61,928 nucleotides of DNA from a virus (Duplodnaviria; Caudoviricetes): positions 1 through 61,928 of the IMG/VR virus record IMGVR_UViG_3300018089_000002; one strand, given 5' to 3'. Each line of letters opens with the position of its first letter. The first letter of the stretch is position 1. Below, one piece after another: positions 47,317 to 55,452 of the stretch. Below the pieces are notes generated by a model, which made no database searches, was not told the origin of the DNA, and saw only the letters and a list, made by a program, of their open reading frames with translations. A program made the translations under genes and the position numbers.

Positions 47317-47431
47317 CTTCTATCGTCTCTTTTCCGTATCGATTGCATTCGCACTTACAGAGCGGACATGCTCTGCACATGCCGTCCCTGCAATCCAGGC
47401 AACGGCACGTGCACAACCTGCCCGTACACAT
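47264..47431 (-). CDS. Cys-rich microprotein
   Basis: 10 Cys in the first 29 aa; TGATG coupling. Confidence 0.45.
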   Translation of the reverse strand: MCTGRLCTCRCLDCRDGMCRACPLCKCECNRYGKETIEDVSNNGSAGCPARTSGL

Positions 47432-47601
47432 CAGGTTACTCGCGCTCCACAGCACCGCATGACCATGATGTGCACGCCACGTTCATCTTTGGCGATGTTC
47501 AGATTCCGCGTGTCCGTCGTCGGTGTGCGGCTCTTACGGTGATAGACGAACAATCCGCAGTACGGACATTCGCCCATCACGTTCTCTTCGACGTATTCCA
47601 T
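47431..47601 (-). CDS. small Cys-motif protein
   Basis: CPYCG..RCCG; GAGG RBS. Confidence 0.55.
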   Translation of the reverse strand: MEYVEENVMGECPYCGLFVYHRKSRTPTTDTRNLNIAKDERGVHIMVMRCCGARVT

Positions 47602-47603
47602 TA

Positions 47604-48068
47604 CTACCTCAGAACCTTCGCACCCTTGCGCTGGTTGTGCTTGCCACACAGCAGTTGAATGTTGCCAGGATCCAGGCTCGATCCGCCGAGCGCGTACGGA
47701 TAGATGTGATCATAGTGCAGGTTCTCGGTCGTGCCGCACTGCCGGCACCGTCCGCCATCGCGCAGGGCAACCTCAATCTTCACAGGCTGCGGTATGGTGC
47801 GTGACTGCTGGCGTCGCAGCACGCGCTGGACTCGAGCCTTCCGGGCAGCACGCCAACGAGCAACGCGGTAGACGACGTAGGACACAGGCACAGCTCCCGC
47901 GCCGGCCTCGACGGCAATGCTGCTCGAGCCGATCGCGACGGCCGGCGCTGCGACGAACACCACAAAGGATCGCGCAAGCACGAACTTGCCGTGTGGTGTG
48001 ATTTTGATCGGCTTGCGACGGTGCCAGTTGATCGAAACCATCTGGTTTGTGCGCTTGTGACGAGTCAC
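47604..48068 (-). CDS. HNH endonuclease with N-terminal hydrophobic segment
   Basis: RDGGRCRQCG..DHIYP..GG..NIQLLC..HN. Confidence 0.85.
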   Translation of the reverse strand: MTRHKRTNQMVSINWHRRKPIKITPHGKFVLARSFVVFVAAPAVAIGSSSIAVEAGAGAVPVSYVVYRVARWRAARKARVQRVLRRQQSRTIPQPVKIEVALRDGGRCRQCGTTENLHYDHIYPYALGGSSLDPGNIQLLCGKHNQRKGAKVLR

Positions 48069-48122
48069 GGTCTGTCTCCTGTCTGTCTTCCTTCGTCGGT
48101 AGTCTCAACGTAGCCTAGCACA

Positions 48123-48362
48123 CTACCGATGTTTGAACAAGAAGTGCATAACACGGAGTGGGAACCTATACCGCCAGCCGCCGCCGGCGCAACTGAAGCA
48201 ATGACGGAACGATCCGTTGGCAATCGCGCCATAGTACCGTCCTTCGCCATTGCATACTTTGCATTTGGTCTTAGGATGCAGAATGCAAGAAAGCACTATG
48301 CCAATGACAAAAACCGCAATAACGAGAGCCCACGCCTCGGCCTGCGTTAGGGTCACCTTCAA
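48123..48362 (-). CDS. membrane-anchored DnaJ-type zinc-finger protein
   Basis: TM helix, then CKVCNGEG and CFSCAGGG. Confidence 0.75.
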   Translation of the reverse strand: MKVTLTQAEAWALVIAVFVIGIVLSCILHPKTKCKVCNGEGRYYGAIANGSFRHCFSCAGGGWRYRFPLRVMHFLFKHR

Positions 48363-48366
48363 ATTC

Positions 48367-50127
48367 CTATCGCTCGATCATCCACACGAACAGTTCTTCG
48401 CGGTCGTACAGCCGCTGTCCGCTCGGGCCGTCGCCGCGCTCTGCCGGCTCCGGAAAACCGTTACGCTGACTCGCCTTGCGAACTGCCTCTAGGCTCATGC
48501 CCTCCAGTGGTCCGCCTGCCTGCACAGCTTCTGCAAGGCTGAGCAGATCCGCATCACGCTCTGCCGGAAGAGCCTTCTGCCCTGCACTGGACAGTTCGAA
48601 CGTATCCAGTCCGTGTGCGCTCAGCAGTTCAGGCACGTCTCGCGGAATCATCGTTGATTCGTAACCGAACTTCTCGCGTGCCTGCACAGCGATGTCTCGC
48701 AATTCGCCCGATGTGAGGTAGGGGAATTGCACAATTCGAGCGGTGTCCTGCTCGATCAGGTGGACGCGACCGCGCACCTTCGGCTTCTTCGGCGCTGGCT
48801 TGACCTCAGGCGCGAGCAGCTTCCACTGCGCAGGGGATCCCTTCAGGAACCTACCGCCGAAGCACTCCCGGCCGGCAGAGCCACCCGTCACAGCCGCGAG
48901 TCCGTACTGCGCAGCACAGATCACGTTCTCCCGGCAAGCACGACCGGTGAACAGAACCTTCGCAAGTGCACGGATCGCAGGGCTCTTGATCGGCGCACCC
49001 TGCGGCTTGATCTCGCGCCAGTAGTCCTGCAACTGGTCGGCAAGCATGTTGGCCTCTTCGACTATGACCAAGATGCGAGGCAGGTTGTCACAGGCGTGTT
49101 CGTCATTCGTCTGCTCGATGAACGTGTATCGGTCATCCGCTATCTTGGCCGCTGCAAGACATGCCTCGTGCATCTGCTGTGGAGTCGAGCAGTAGACAAC
49201 ACCCGGCTGATTGCGCAGATGCATCAGAGAAGTACGCTTCGGATCGAGCACGATCACGAGTGCGCCTTCGAGATACTGCAATTGCGCGACCAGATAGCCG
49301 ATGAAAGTTGACTTTCCTGCACCAGTTGTGAGGCTGAGCAAGATGTGTGGTTCGGTCGCGAGCGACAACGTAACAGGCTTCTCTCGGATGCCGAGACCAA
49401 CAACGACCTCATCGGCCTTCAGACCATCGAAGAACGGCAGTACGTCGCTGTATCCGACCTTCTTCGGTGGCTGGAGTGCGGGACGAATCAACACGTGCGG
49501 CTCCTGCCCTGCTAATTGGAACGTGAACTCCGGATCTTCGAGCGCAAGCCGAGACGTCGCGATATCCGTAATCAGTTTGCGCGTGGCCGTATCGCACTTG
49601 TTGTCAAGTGGGAGCTTGATGCAGACCTGCGCGTCCGGGTTCTTGCCGAGGTCGCTCGGAACGCTGATCCAAGAGTTCGGCTGTGTCGCGACAGGCCAGC
49701 CAACGACTCCGCGCAGACTGTACGCGAGCGGACGGACACGCTCTCGGTAGTTCTTCCAATCGCGGATCACGCGATACAACAGGAACGAACCGCCAACCGC
49801 GCAGACACCGAGCGCGATGCCGTAGGCAATGACAATCGTCCGCGTGTGCCCGGTCCACCACTGGTAGAGCGTCCAGAGTGCGACGAACGCGCACACCTGC
49901 CGAACGACTGAGCGCTTCCAGCCTGGCCACATCATCCACGCGGACGGGACCTGACGGTACTGATCGATGTGCGCACTTGCCGGCCGGATGAACCCGGAAT
50001 CAGTCATCCGCTTCCCGAGCGGACGTCCGGAGAACCAGCGGTACAGAAGACGCCAGATCGTCGTCTTCGGCCCTAGGTTGTTCAGCAGTTCTCTGGTGAG
50101 CTGCTGGCTGTCCTTGCCTGCCATCAC
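48367..50127 (-). CDS. traB: FtsK/SpoIIIE-family TraB-like DNA translocase
   Basis: two N-terminal TM helices; PHILL..TGAGKST, LDPK, VIVEEAN, TGRA..AAQ; C-terminal HTH. Confidence 0.85.
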   Translation of the reverse strand: MMAGKDSQQLTRELLNNLGPKTTIWRLLYRWFSGRPLGKRMTDSGFIRPASAHIDQYRQVPSAWMMWPGWKRSVVRQVCAFVALWTLYQWWTGHTRTIVIAYGIALGVCAVGGSFLLYRVIRDWKNYRERVRPLAYSLRGVVGWPVATQPNSWISVPSDLGKNPDAQVCIKLPLDNKCDTATRKLITDIATSRLALEDPEFTFQLAGQEPHVLIRPALQPPKKVGYSDVLPFFDGLKADEVVVGLGIREKPVTLSLATEPHILLSLTTGAGKSTFIGYLVAQLQYLEGALVIVLDPKRTSLMHLRNQPGVVYCSTPQQMHEACLAAAKIADDRYTFIEQTNDEHACDNLPRILVIVEEANMLADQLQDYWREIKPQGAPIKSPAIRALAKVLFTGRACRENVICAAQYGLAAVTGGSAGRECFGGRFLKGSPAQWKLLAPEVKPAPKKPKVRGRVHLIEQDTARIVQFPYLTSGELRDIAVQAREKFGYESTMIPRDVPELLSAHGLDTFELSSAGQKALPAERDADLLSLAEAVQAGGPLEGMSLEAVRKASQRNGFPEPAERGDGPSGQRLYDREELFVWMIER

Positions 50128-50690
50128 GGCACTCGCACAAGTTCAGCGACTTCAGCCGTACCGTCCGGGCTGATGACCGTAGCGGTGACGACAGGACCGG
50201 GCGCAGCCATGCTCGCGATCGGGGGTGGAGCGAGCGGCGCGACCGGACGCTGACGACGGACCAGGAAACGCGTCGCGAACCGATCGAGCGAGGCAGGCGC
50301 GAGGAACGAACCGACAATGATCGTGGTGACCGCTGCGTACTCGATTGCCAGGATCCCGAGTAGCAGCCAGTCGCCGGCAGAGGTGTGCAGAGGCCACACG
50401 AGCCACGCGAGCAGCGGGATGCCGACGTACCCGAGCAGCGCAACCGCGTTGATGAATCGGGCGCCGCCGCTCAGATACGCGTCGAGCATGTGCACGCCTC
50501 CGCCGAGGTGACGGCCGACACGCATGTCTCCCGTGCTCAGGTTCCTGGTTCCGTTGTCGTGTCGCCGATTCCGTAGCCGACCTGCACGGACGTTCTTCGT
50601 GCGGAGTACCGAACCGATGAGAACGACCATGAACAGCACCACGGGAACCGGGGTGTTCAGAAGTGCTGCGGGATGCGAAAGGATAGGCAC
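50124..50690 (-). CDS. multi-pass membrane protein of transfer module
   Basis: three hydrophobic segments; stop overlaps the traB start. Confidence 0.7.
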   Translation of the reverse strand: MPILSHPAALLNTPVPVVLFMVVLIGSVLRTKNVRAGRLRNRRHDNGTRNLSTGDMRVGRHLGGGVHMLDAYLSGGARFINAVALLGYVGIPLLAWLVWPLHTSAGDWLLLGILAIEYAAVTTIIVGSFLAPASLDRFATRFLVRRQRPVAPLAPPPIASMAAPGPVVTATVISPDGTAEVAELVRVP

Positions 50691-50818
50691 CGCTGGCCTC
50701 CAAGCTGGGATTGGATGTCAGAGCAGAGCCTCGGTCACGAGCCGGGGCTCTGCGTTTTCAGTGCCTACCATACGCGCTTCTTGAATGCTACAGGGGAACG
50801 ATCACTCTCCGTTACTAC

Positions 50819-50896
50819 GGTATACCGCTGTCCCTGGGACAACGCCTGCATATCCCCAGGAAACTGAGTTCTGGATATCGAGGACAGCGGTATACC
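50819..50896. promoter_or_regulatory. 15-bp inverted repeat, operator-like
   Basis: GGTATACCGCTGTCC...GGACAGCGGTATACC upstream of the tra operon. Confidence 0.6.
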
Positions 50897-50912
50897 CGGC
50901 TACTATCTGTAG

Positions 50913-51437
50913 TCAGTCACATCTCTGTGCCATCCACGCTTCAAGATCAGATTGCCTGTACAGCCGCTGTCGGTGCCTGTCCGAGCCTCTGCCCACCGGG
51001 CGCGGAAACCCGGCCCTTTGGCTCGCCTTCCTAGCGGCTTCGAGCGACAGACCGTGCAGCGGACCTCCCGTATGACAGGCAGTCGATATGCCTATCAGTG
51101 TGTCAGCGACAACATAGGTCTTGAGTTCTTCTCCCTTGTGCTCTCTACGAAACTTACGTAGCCACGTGGCAGCATTGTTCTTCGGCTTCTTTGTGTGCGC
51201 TTTTTCGAGTTCTTCGATGAGAACATGTGCTACATGTGCATTAGTTTTTGCGGCGTGCAGTACGCGAATAGGATCCCAATCAAGAAGAGATCTAGCTCTC
51301 TTGTCTGAGTTACAGCGTGCACAAGCAGGGACAAGGTTTTCCTCTACATCTTGCCCATCGAGACAACGTGCTTTTATGTGATCTTGTTGTATTTGCACGC
51401 TAGATTCACCACAGTAGACGCACGTCCCGTGTCTCAT
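50913..51437 (-). CDS. HNH endonuclease fused to a TraB-like C-terminal HTH
   Basis: CVYCG..DHI..NLVPACARCN; C-terminus matches the TraB tail. Confidence 0.85.
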   Translation of the reverse strand: MRHGTCVYCGESSVQIQQDHIKARCLDGQDVEENLVPACARCNSDKRARSLLDWDPIRVLHAAKTNAHVAHVLIEELEKAHTKKPKNNAATWLRKFRREHKGEELKTYVVADTLIGISTACHTGGPLHGLSLEAARKASQRAGFPRPVGRGSDRHRQRLYRQSDLEAWMAQRCD

Positions 51438-51673
51438 CGCGCAGTCTTGCTCTCGTTCCAGCGCTTACGCGCTTCATCTCGCTGCGCTTCCTGCTCGTCT
51501 AACTCTGCTTTTCGCTCAGATTTCAGATCGTTCGTGATCTGATCGGTATTGACCACCTTCTCCAACATGCGGCCGATACCATCGGAACGAGAGACGCCAA
51601 GAGCTGTGCACAGAAGATCGATACGCTCGATGAGATCGGGTTCTACCTTCGCAGTGACAATCTGCTTCGACAT
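51434..51673 (-). CDS. ribbon-helix-helix (CopG-like) regulator
   Basis: IVTAKVEPDLIERIDLLC..GVSRS; extended -10 TGTGGTATACT upstream. Confidence 0.7.
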   Translation of the reverse strand: MSKQIVTAKVEPDLIERIDLLCTALGVSRSDGIGRMLEKVVNTDQITNDLKSERKAELDEQEAQRDEARKRWNESKTAR

Positions 51674-51717
51674 GGTGTTCCTTTCAGTTTTCCGGGAACA
51701 CCCAGTATACCACAGAA

Positions 51718-52746
51718 TCAGGTCACAGAGCGTAGTTTCGTGCTGGTCTGGCCCTGCTCCTGTCGCGCCGTGCGCAGCCTGGCACGGATCGTGGAGTCTC
51801 CGACCGTGGTCCCCGGGCGGTTGTCCATGATCCAGGCGTGGACCGCTGGTACGTCGACCTCCGGGCCGATGCCGAGCGCTTCGAGCGCGTCGTTGATCGC
51901 ACTCGCCTTGCTGCCTGTGCTCGAGCGCGCGCCGGCCGGACGCTGGCGCTCCGCTCGCTGCTCGCTGCTCTGCTCGGCGCTCGCGCTTGCCGATCGCTGA
52001 GCGCTCGGGTCGTTCTGCAGCTCAGCGCTCGCAGCGCTGAGCGCGCTGGTGATGTGCTGCTCGAGCGCTAGCGCTCGCTCAGCGCTGCTCAGCGCTCGCT
52101 GCTCGCCGGCAGGCTGCTCAGCGCTCAGCGCTGGCGTGCTCAGCACCTCGGCGCTGACCGCTGGCGCCCGCTCAGCGAGCGCTCGATGATCATGCTTGCT
52201 CAGCGCCAGCGCTGGCAGGTCAGCGCTCGCCCGAGCGAGCGCCAAGCGAGCCAGCACGGCATCGCTCAGCGTCCGCCACGCAGAGCCGCCGTGAAGTGCC
52301 CAGGTCAGCGCGCCGAGCACGGGCAGAGCGGCCGGCGTACGCCCGAGCTGGCGCAAGCGCTCGCGGTGCGCCGCTCGCCCGCTGAGCTCGAGCACGAGCA
52401 CGGCAGCGATCGGCGGCACGGCGTACATGGTGCGAGCGCTGGCGCTGGCGTGCCCGCTCAGCGCTGCGTGCTGCGTGTTGAGCCAAGCGCTGGCGCTGGC
52501 GAACGCCAGCGTAGTCAAGCGCGCGAGCGCTGCACCGTCACCACGCAGCGCTGCCGATCGCTGGTGGCTGGCGCTGACCACCGCCACGCCGTCGAGCGTG
52601 GCGCTGACGATGAGCGCCAGCGCTGGCGGCAGGCCGTAGCGGATCCCGAGCGCATCGAGCGACCACCAGGACACCGCGAGCGCCGCGAGGCAGACAGCGA
52701 ACGTGGCGATCCCGGCCGACAGGGATGCGAACTTCGAGGAGAGCAT
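51718..52746 (-). CDS. DUF2637/Spd-like membrane protein with C-terminal HTH-like region
   Basis: four TM helices, SWWSL..G..DG..SAWLN..H..VPP pattern; low-complexity linker. Confidence 0.75.
   Translation of the reverse strand: MLSSKFASLSAGIATFAVCLAALAVSWWSLDALGIRYGLPPALALIVSATLDGVAVVSASHQRSAALRGDGAALARLTTLAFASASAWLNTQHAALSGHASASARTMYAVPPIAAVLVLELSGRAAHRERLRQLGRTPAALPVLGALTWALHGGSAWRTLSDAVLARLALARASADLPALALSKHDHRALAERAPAVSAEVLSTPALSAEQPAGEQRALSSAERALALEQHITSALSAASAELQNDPSAQRSASASAEQSSEQRAERQRPAGARSSTGSKASAINDALEALGIGPEVDVPAVHAWIMDNRPGTTVGDSTIRARLRTARQEQGQTSTKLRSVT
51870..52625. repeat. dense AGCGCT palindromic repeats inside the DUF2637 gene
   Basis: about 20 AGCGCT by hand count, often as CTCAGCGCT or GAGCGCTC. 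Confidence 0.75.
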
Positions 52747-52776
52747 CGTTTCTGTTCCTTTCTCGTTTTCCTTGTG

Positions 52777-52998
52777 TCAATTGCTCTGGCAGACCGGAAT
52801 CAATATACCTTTTCCTGCTGGAATCATCACGAGATGTCCGTGCGGACAATATGAGTTACCCGAACCAACTGTCACGGACAGTATCGCGCAGAGTAGAACA
52901 ATGAGTCCAACGATAAATATGGCACATCCAATAAAACCTGACCAATCGTATACAAATCGCTCGAAACGTGTTCTGCCGAAGACATCACGCTGTTTCAT
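52777..52998 (-). CDS. small membrane protein
   Basis: TM helix; GAGGAG RBS. Confidence 0.6.
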   Translation of the reverse strand: MKQRDVFGRTRFERFVYDWSGFIGCAIFIVGLIVLLCAILSVTVGSGNSYCPHGHLVMIPAGKGILIPVCQSN

Positions 52999-53024
52999 CG
53001 CTCCTCATTCCTTTCTCCGATTGA

Positions 53025-53309
53025 CTACCTGCTAGCCTGGATCCGTTCCAGTTCTTCGTCAAGCGCGTATTGCAGGATGTGATCCCGCAGACGAACCAGG
53101 GAGAATCCGTCGTTGCCGTGCCGATGATCCACCAAAAGAAGAGTGGCGAGAGCTTGCGTGAGCAGCTCATCGTCGGACAGCGCAACGGTGTGAGGGCAGA
53201 CCAGAGACATGACGTCGTCTTCGAGCGTGCCGGCAAGGACGCCGAGATACTCGCTCGCACCGTGCCAGAGTTCAACGCGAAAATCCATGTTCATCCCTTC
53301 ATCGTTCAT
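53025..53309 (-). CDS. hypothetical protein
   Basis: extended -10 TGTGGTAGACT upstream. Confidence 0.55.
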   Translation of the reverse strand: MNDEGMNMDFRVELWHGASEYLGVLAGTLEDDVMSLVCPHTVALSDDELLTQALATLLLVDHRHGNDGFSLVRLRDHILQYALDEELERIQASR

Positions 53310-53388
53310 CTGTTTTCCGTAGTCCTACAGGAGTCTACCACACGTCTGTATGCGCTGCTACGCTTCTGGCGTGTCTGACGTAGCTATC

Positions 53389-53727
53389 GTGATAACGAGC
53401 ACGGACACGCTGAATCAACTTCTGGCAACCGTGCAGGACATCAGGAGCACACAAATGGTGCAGCAGAGCGACCTTGACAGCCTCGCCTCCCAGATCGCGG
53501 CACTCAGCGCGGCGGAGGCAGCCCAGACCACTGCCCTCCAGACGGCCACAGGCCTGGTCCAGCAGGAGCTGGACCTGCTGAGGCAGGCCAACCCCACCCT
53601 GGACCTGACAGGCGTCCAGAGCGCCGTACAGGGCCTCTCAGACGTGGTCGCGGCGAGCACGGCAGCCGTCGCCGTGGCGACCACGGAGAGCACGGAGGTC
53701 CCGATCCCGCCGCCGGCCGGTCCGTGA
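53389..53727 (+). CDS. coiled-coil hypothetical protein
   Basis: heptad Ala/Gln/Leu pattern; start may be ATG 53455 (AGGAG RBS). Confidence 0.6.
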   Translation: MITSTDTLNQLLATVQDIRSTQMVQQSDLDSLASQIAALSAAEAAQTTALQTATGLVQQELDLLRQANPTLDLTGVQSAVQGLSDVVAASTAAVAVATTESTEVPIPPPAGP

Positions 53728-53753
53728 CAGCCGGCCGGCAGTAGGCTACTGGC

Positions 53754-53927
53754 ATGGGTCAGCGTGATTACGATGAGAACCCTGACGAAGAGTTGCCGCA
53801 AGTGTACTCAGTTGACGTGTCATCTGAGTTGCTTGCGCAACTCAGTGACGACTGGAGCGAACCGGTACGGCTACGCATCGTCAGCCGTGACGGATCGCGG
53901 CTGACGATGGAAGTACGTTCGCCGTGA
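53754..53927 (+). CDS. 57-aa acidic protein, probably leaderless
   Basis: TAGGCT six nt before the ATG; MGQRDYDENP...EVRSP. Confidence 0.5.
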   Translation: MGQRDYDENPDEELPQVYSVDVSSELLAQLSDDWSEPVRLRIVSRDGSRLTMEVRSP

Positions 53928-54020
53928 TGTGGATCTTGCAGTAGTCTGTACCAGCCACAGGGATCCTCCGTGTGACGAACGATTGAACCGCGCAGGACGC
54001 AATTCCTGTGGTCCAAAGAC

Positions 54021-54056
54021 GAACGACCCCCGGGGCCCGAGACCCGGGGGTCGTTC
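54021..54056. terminator. bidirectional terminator
   Basis: GAACGACCCCCGGG...CCCGGGGGTCGTTC between convergent genes. Confidence 0.75.
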
Positions 54057-54063
54057 TTTGCGT

Positions 54064-54213
54064 TCAGAGTTTGTGCTGACCACGTCCGCAGCCCGTGCAC
54101 ATCATGATTCCGTTGTCTTCGTCATCCGTCTGCTCGAGCGAGAAGTACACGTCTTCGGCCGGCTCCGTGCAGCCGCACTCACATTCGCAGGGCTTACTCG
54201 TTGACAGGACCAT
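54064..54213 (-). CDS. 49-aa Cys-rich microprotein
   Basis: CECECGC..CTGCG; GGAGG RBS. Confidence 0.55.
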   Translation of the reverse strand: MVLSTSKPCECECGCTEPAEDVYFSLEQTDDEDNGIMMCTGCGRGQHKL

Positions 54214-54227
54214 CCGGGATCGCCCTC

Positions 54228-54359
54228 CTACTTGTCCTTAACCCAGACTTGGCACGTTCCGTTCTTATTCCATGAGGCACACGTATGATCCGCAGACATG
54301 CTCTTGCATCCAGAAAGCAGCAACAGAATGCCGAGCGCGCAGAGAATGGTCTGCTTCAT
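54228..54359 (-). CDS. 43-aa lipoprotein
   Basis: MKQTILCALGILLLLSG/C lipobox; GGAG RBS. Confidence 0.6.
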   Translation of the reverse strand: MKQTILCALGILLLLSGCKSMSADHTCASWNKNGTCQVWVKDK

Positions 54360-54364
54360 CTCCG

Positions 54365-54940
54365 TCACACCTCGATATCGGACCACACGTAGTACGAACA
54401 ACCACGTGCGAGCACCAGCCGATAGAATCCGATCTTCGATCCCGAGCGCTGGAGATCATAGAGACGCTGTGCCTGCTCCCTGCGAAGGCCGTTGCCCTTG
54501 TCGTCGCGATAGTGCCGCCAGTAGCCGGCCGATCGGCTCACGGTCTGCTCGTGCATCGGCCCGCCGATGTACAGCGCGGTGTTCTGCGCGATCTCGTGCA
54601 CGACGTGGGCGGATCCGTTGCTCGCTTGAGGCGTCTCCGTCGCGTCGTTCTTCAGCAGCTTGTCCATCGCCTGAAGGCCCTTCTTCGTGAAGCTGTAGTA
54701 GCGGCGGAGCGGACGCCGCAGACGTCGCGCGTCTCCTTGCTCGATCCGCGACTGAAGGTAGCCGTGCGCCTCGAGCCGATAGAGAAGCGCGTACGCGGTG
54801 CCGGACGCCACGCGGGCAGTCTGCATCACGTCCCCGCTGAAGACTTCCTTCTCCGGGTGCTTCCGCATCGCGCGCAGCACGTGAACTGCCGTCGCGCTGA
54901 TCGCCGGCAGGGCTGCTGCGGTCCGGGCCGGACTCGTCAT
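54365..54940 (-). CDS. PadR-like winged-helix regulator with C-terminal extension
   Basis: SGTAYALLYRLEAHGYL..RRYYSFTKKG. Confidence 0.8.
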   Translation of the reverse strand: MTSPARTAAALPAISATAVHVLRAMRKHPEKEVFSGDVMQTARVASGTAYALLYRLEAHGYLQSRIEQGDARRLRRPLRRYYSFTKKGLQAMDKLLKNDATETPQASNGSAHVVHEIAQNTALYIGGPMHEQTVSRSAGYWRHYRDDKGNGLRREQAQRLYDLQRSGSKIGFYRLVLARGCSYYVWSDIEV

Positions 54941-54993
54941 CTTTCGTTCCTCCGTCTTCATCTCGAGTTTTCGCTTCGCGTAAGTCTACACGA

Positions 54994-55194
54994 TCAGCGA
55001 CGTTCTTCGATTCCTCGTTCCTTGAGTTCGGCAGCGAACAGCCGTTCCCATTCCGCGCGGTGCAGCCTCTTCAGTGCCGCGTCGGCCGCACGCGCTGCTT
55101 TGTTGCGCTGCCGGTTGCGCTCAGCATAGTCCGAATTACCCGCGCGGTAGTCGCGCATCTGCTCAGCGTCATACGGCGGCATCGGAGTCGTCAC
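54994..55194 (-). CDS. hypothetical basic protein
   Basis: helical Arg-rich ORF in operon. Confidence 0.55.
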   Translation of the reverse strand: MTTPMPPYDAEQMRDYRAGNSDYAERNRQRNKAARAADAALKRLHRAEWERLFAAELKERGIEERR

Positions 55195-55351
55195 TCAACA
55201 GCTCAACAGAACGAGTCTCCGTCAACGTGACCATATAGAAAGGACGAGATTTGTTGCCGAAAAAGAAAACTCCGCCAGCATTCCACGAAGTGTCGCACTC
55301 AACATCCTTCGTGCTTCCGTCCAACCACGTAATCCGGTAGTGCTTGCTCAT
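55169..55351 (-). CDS. hypothetical protein
   Basis: MSKHYRITW..; TGATG coupling. Confidence 0.5.
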   Translation of the reverse strand: MSKHYRITWLDGSTKDVECDTSWNAGGVFFFGNKSRPFYMVTLTETRSVELLSDDSDAAV

Positions 55352-55452
55352 CACTTTTCTCCATTCTTGGTGTCTTCGATGCTCTTGGTTCCCTCGGTCT
55401 TGGCAACGAGCGTCGCCATCTCCCGTTGCATCTGGTTGAACTCCGCCATCAC

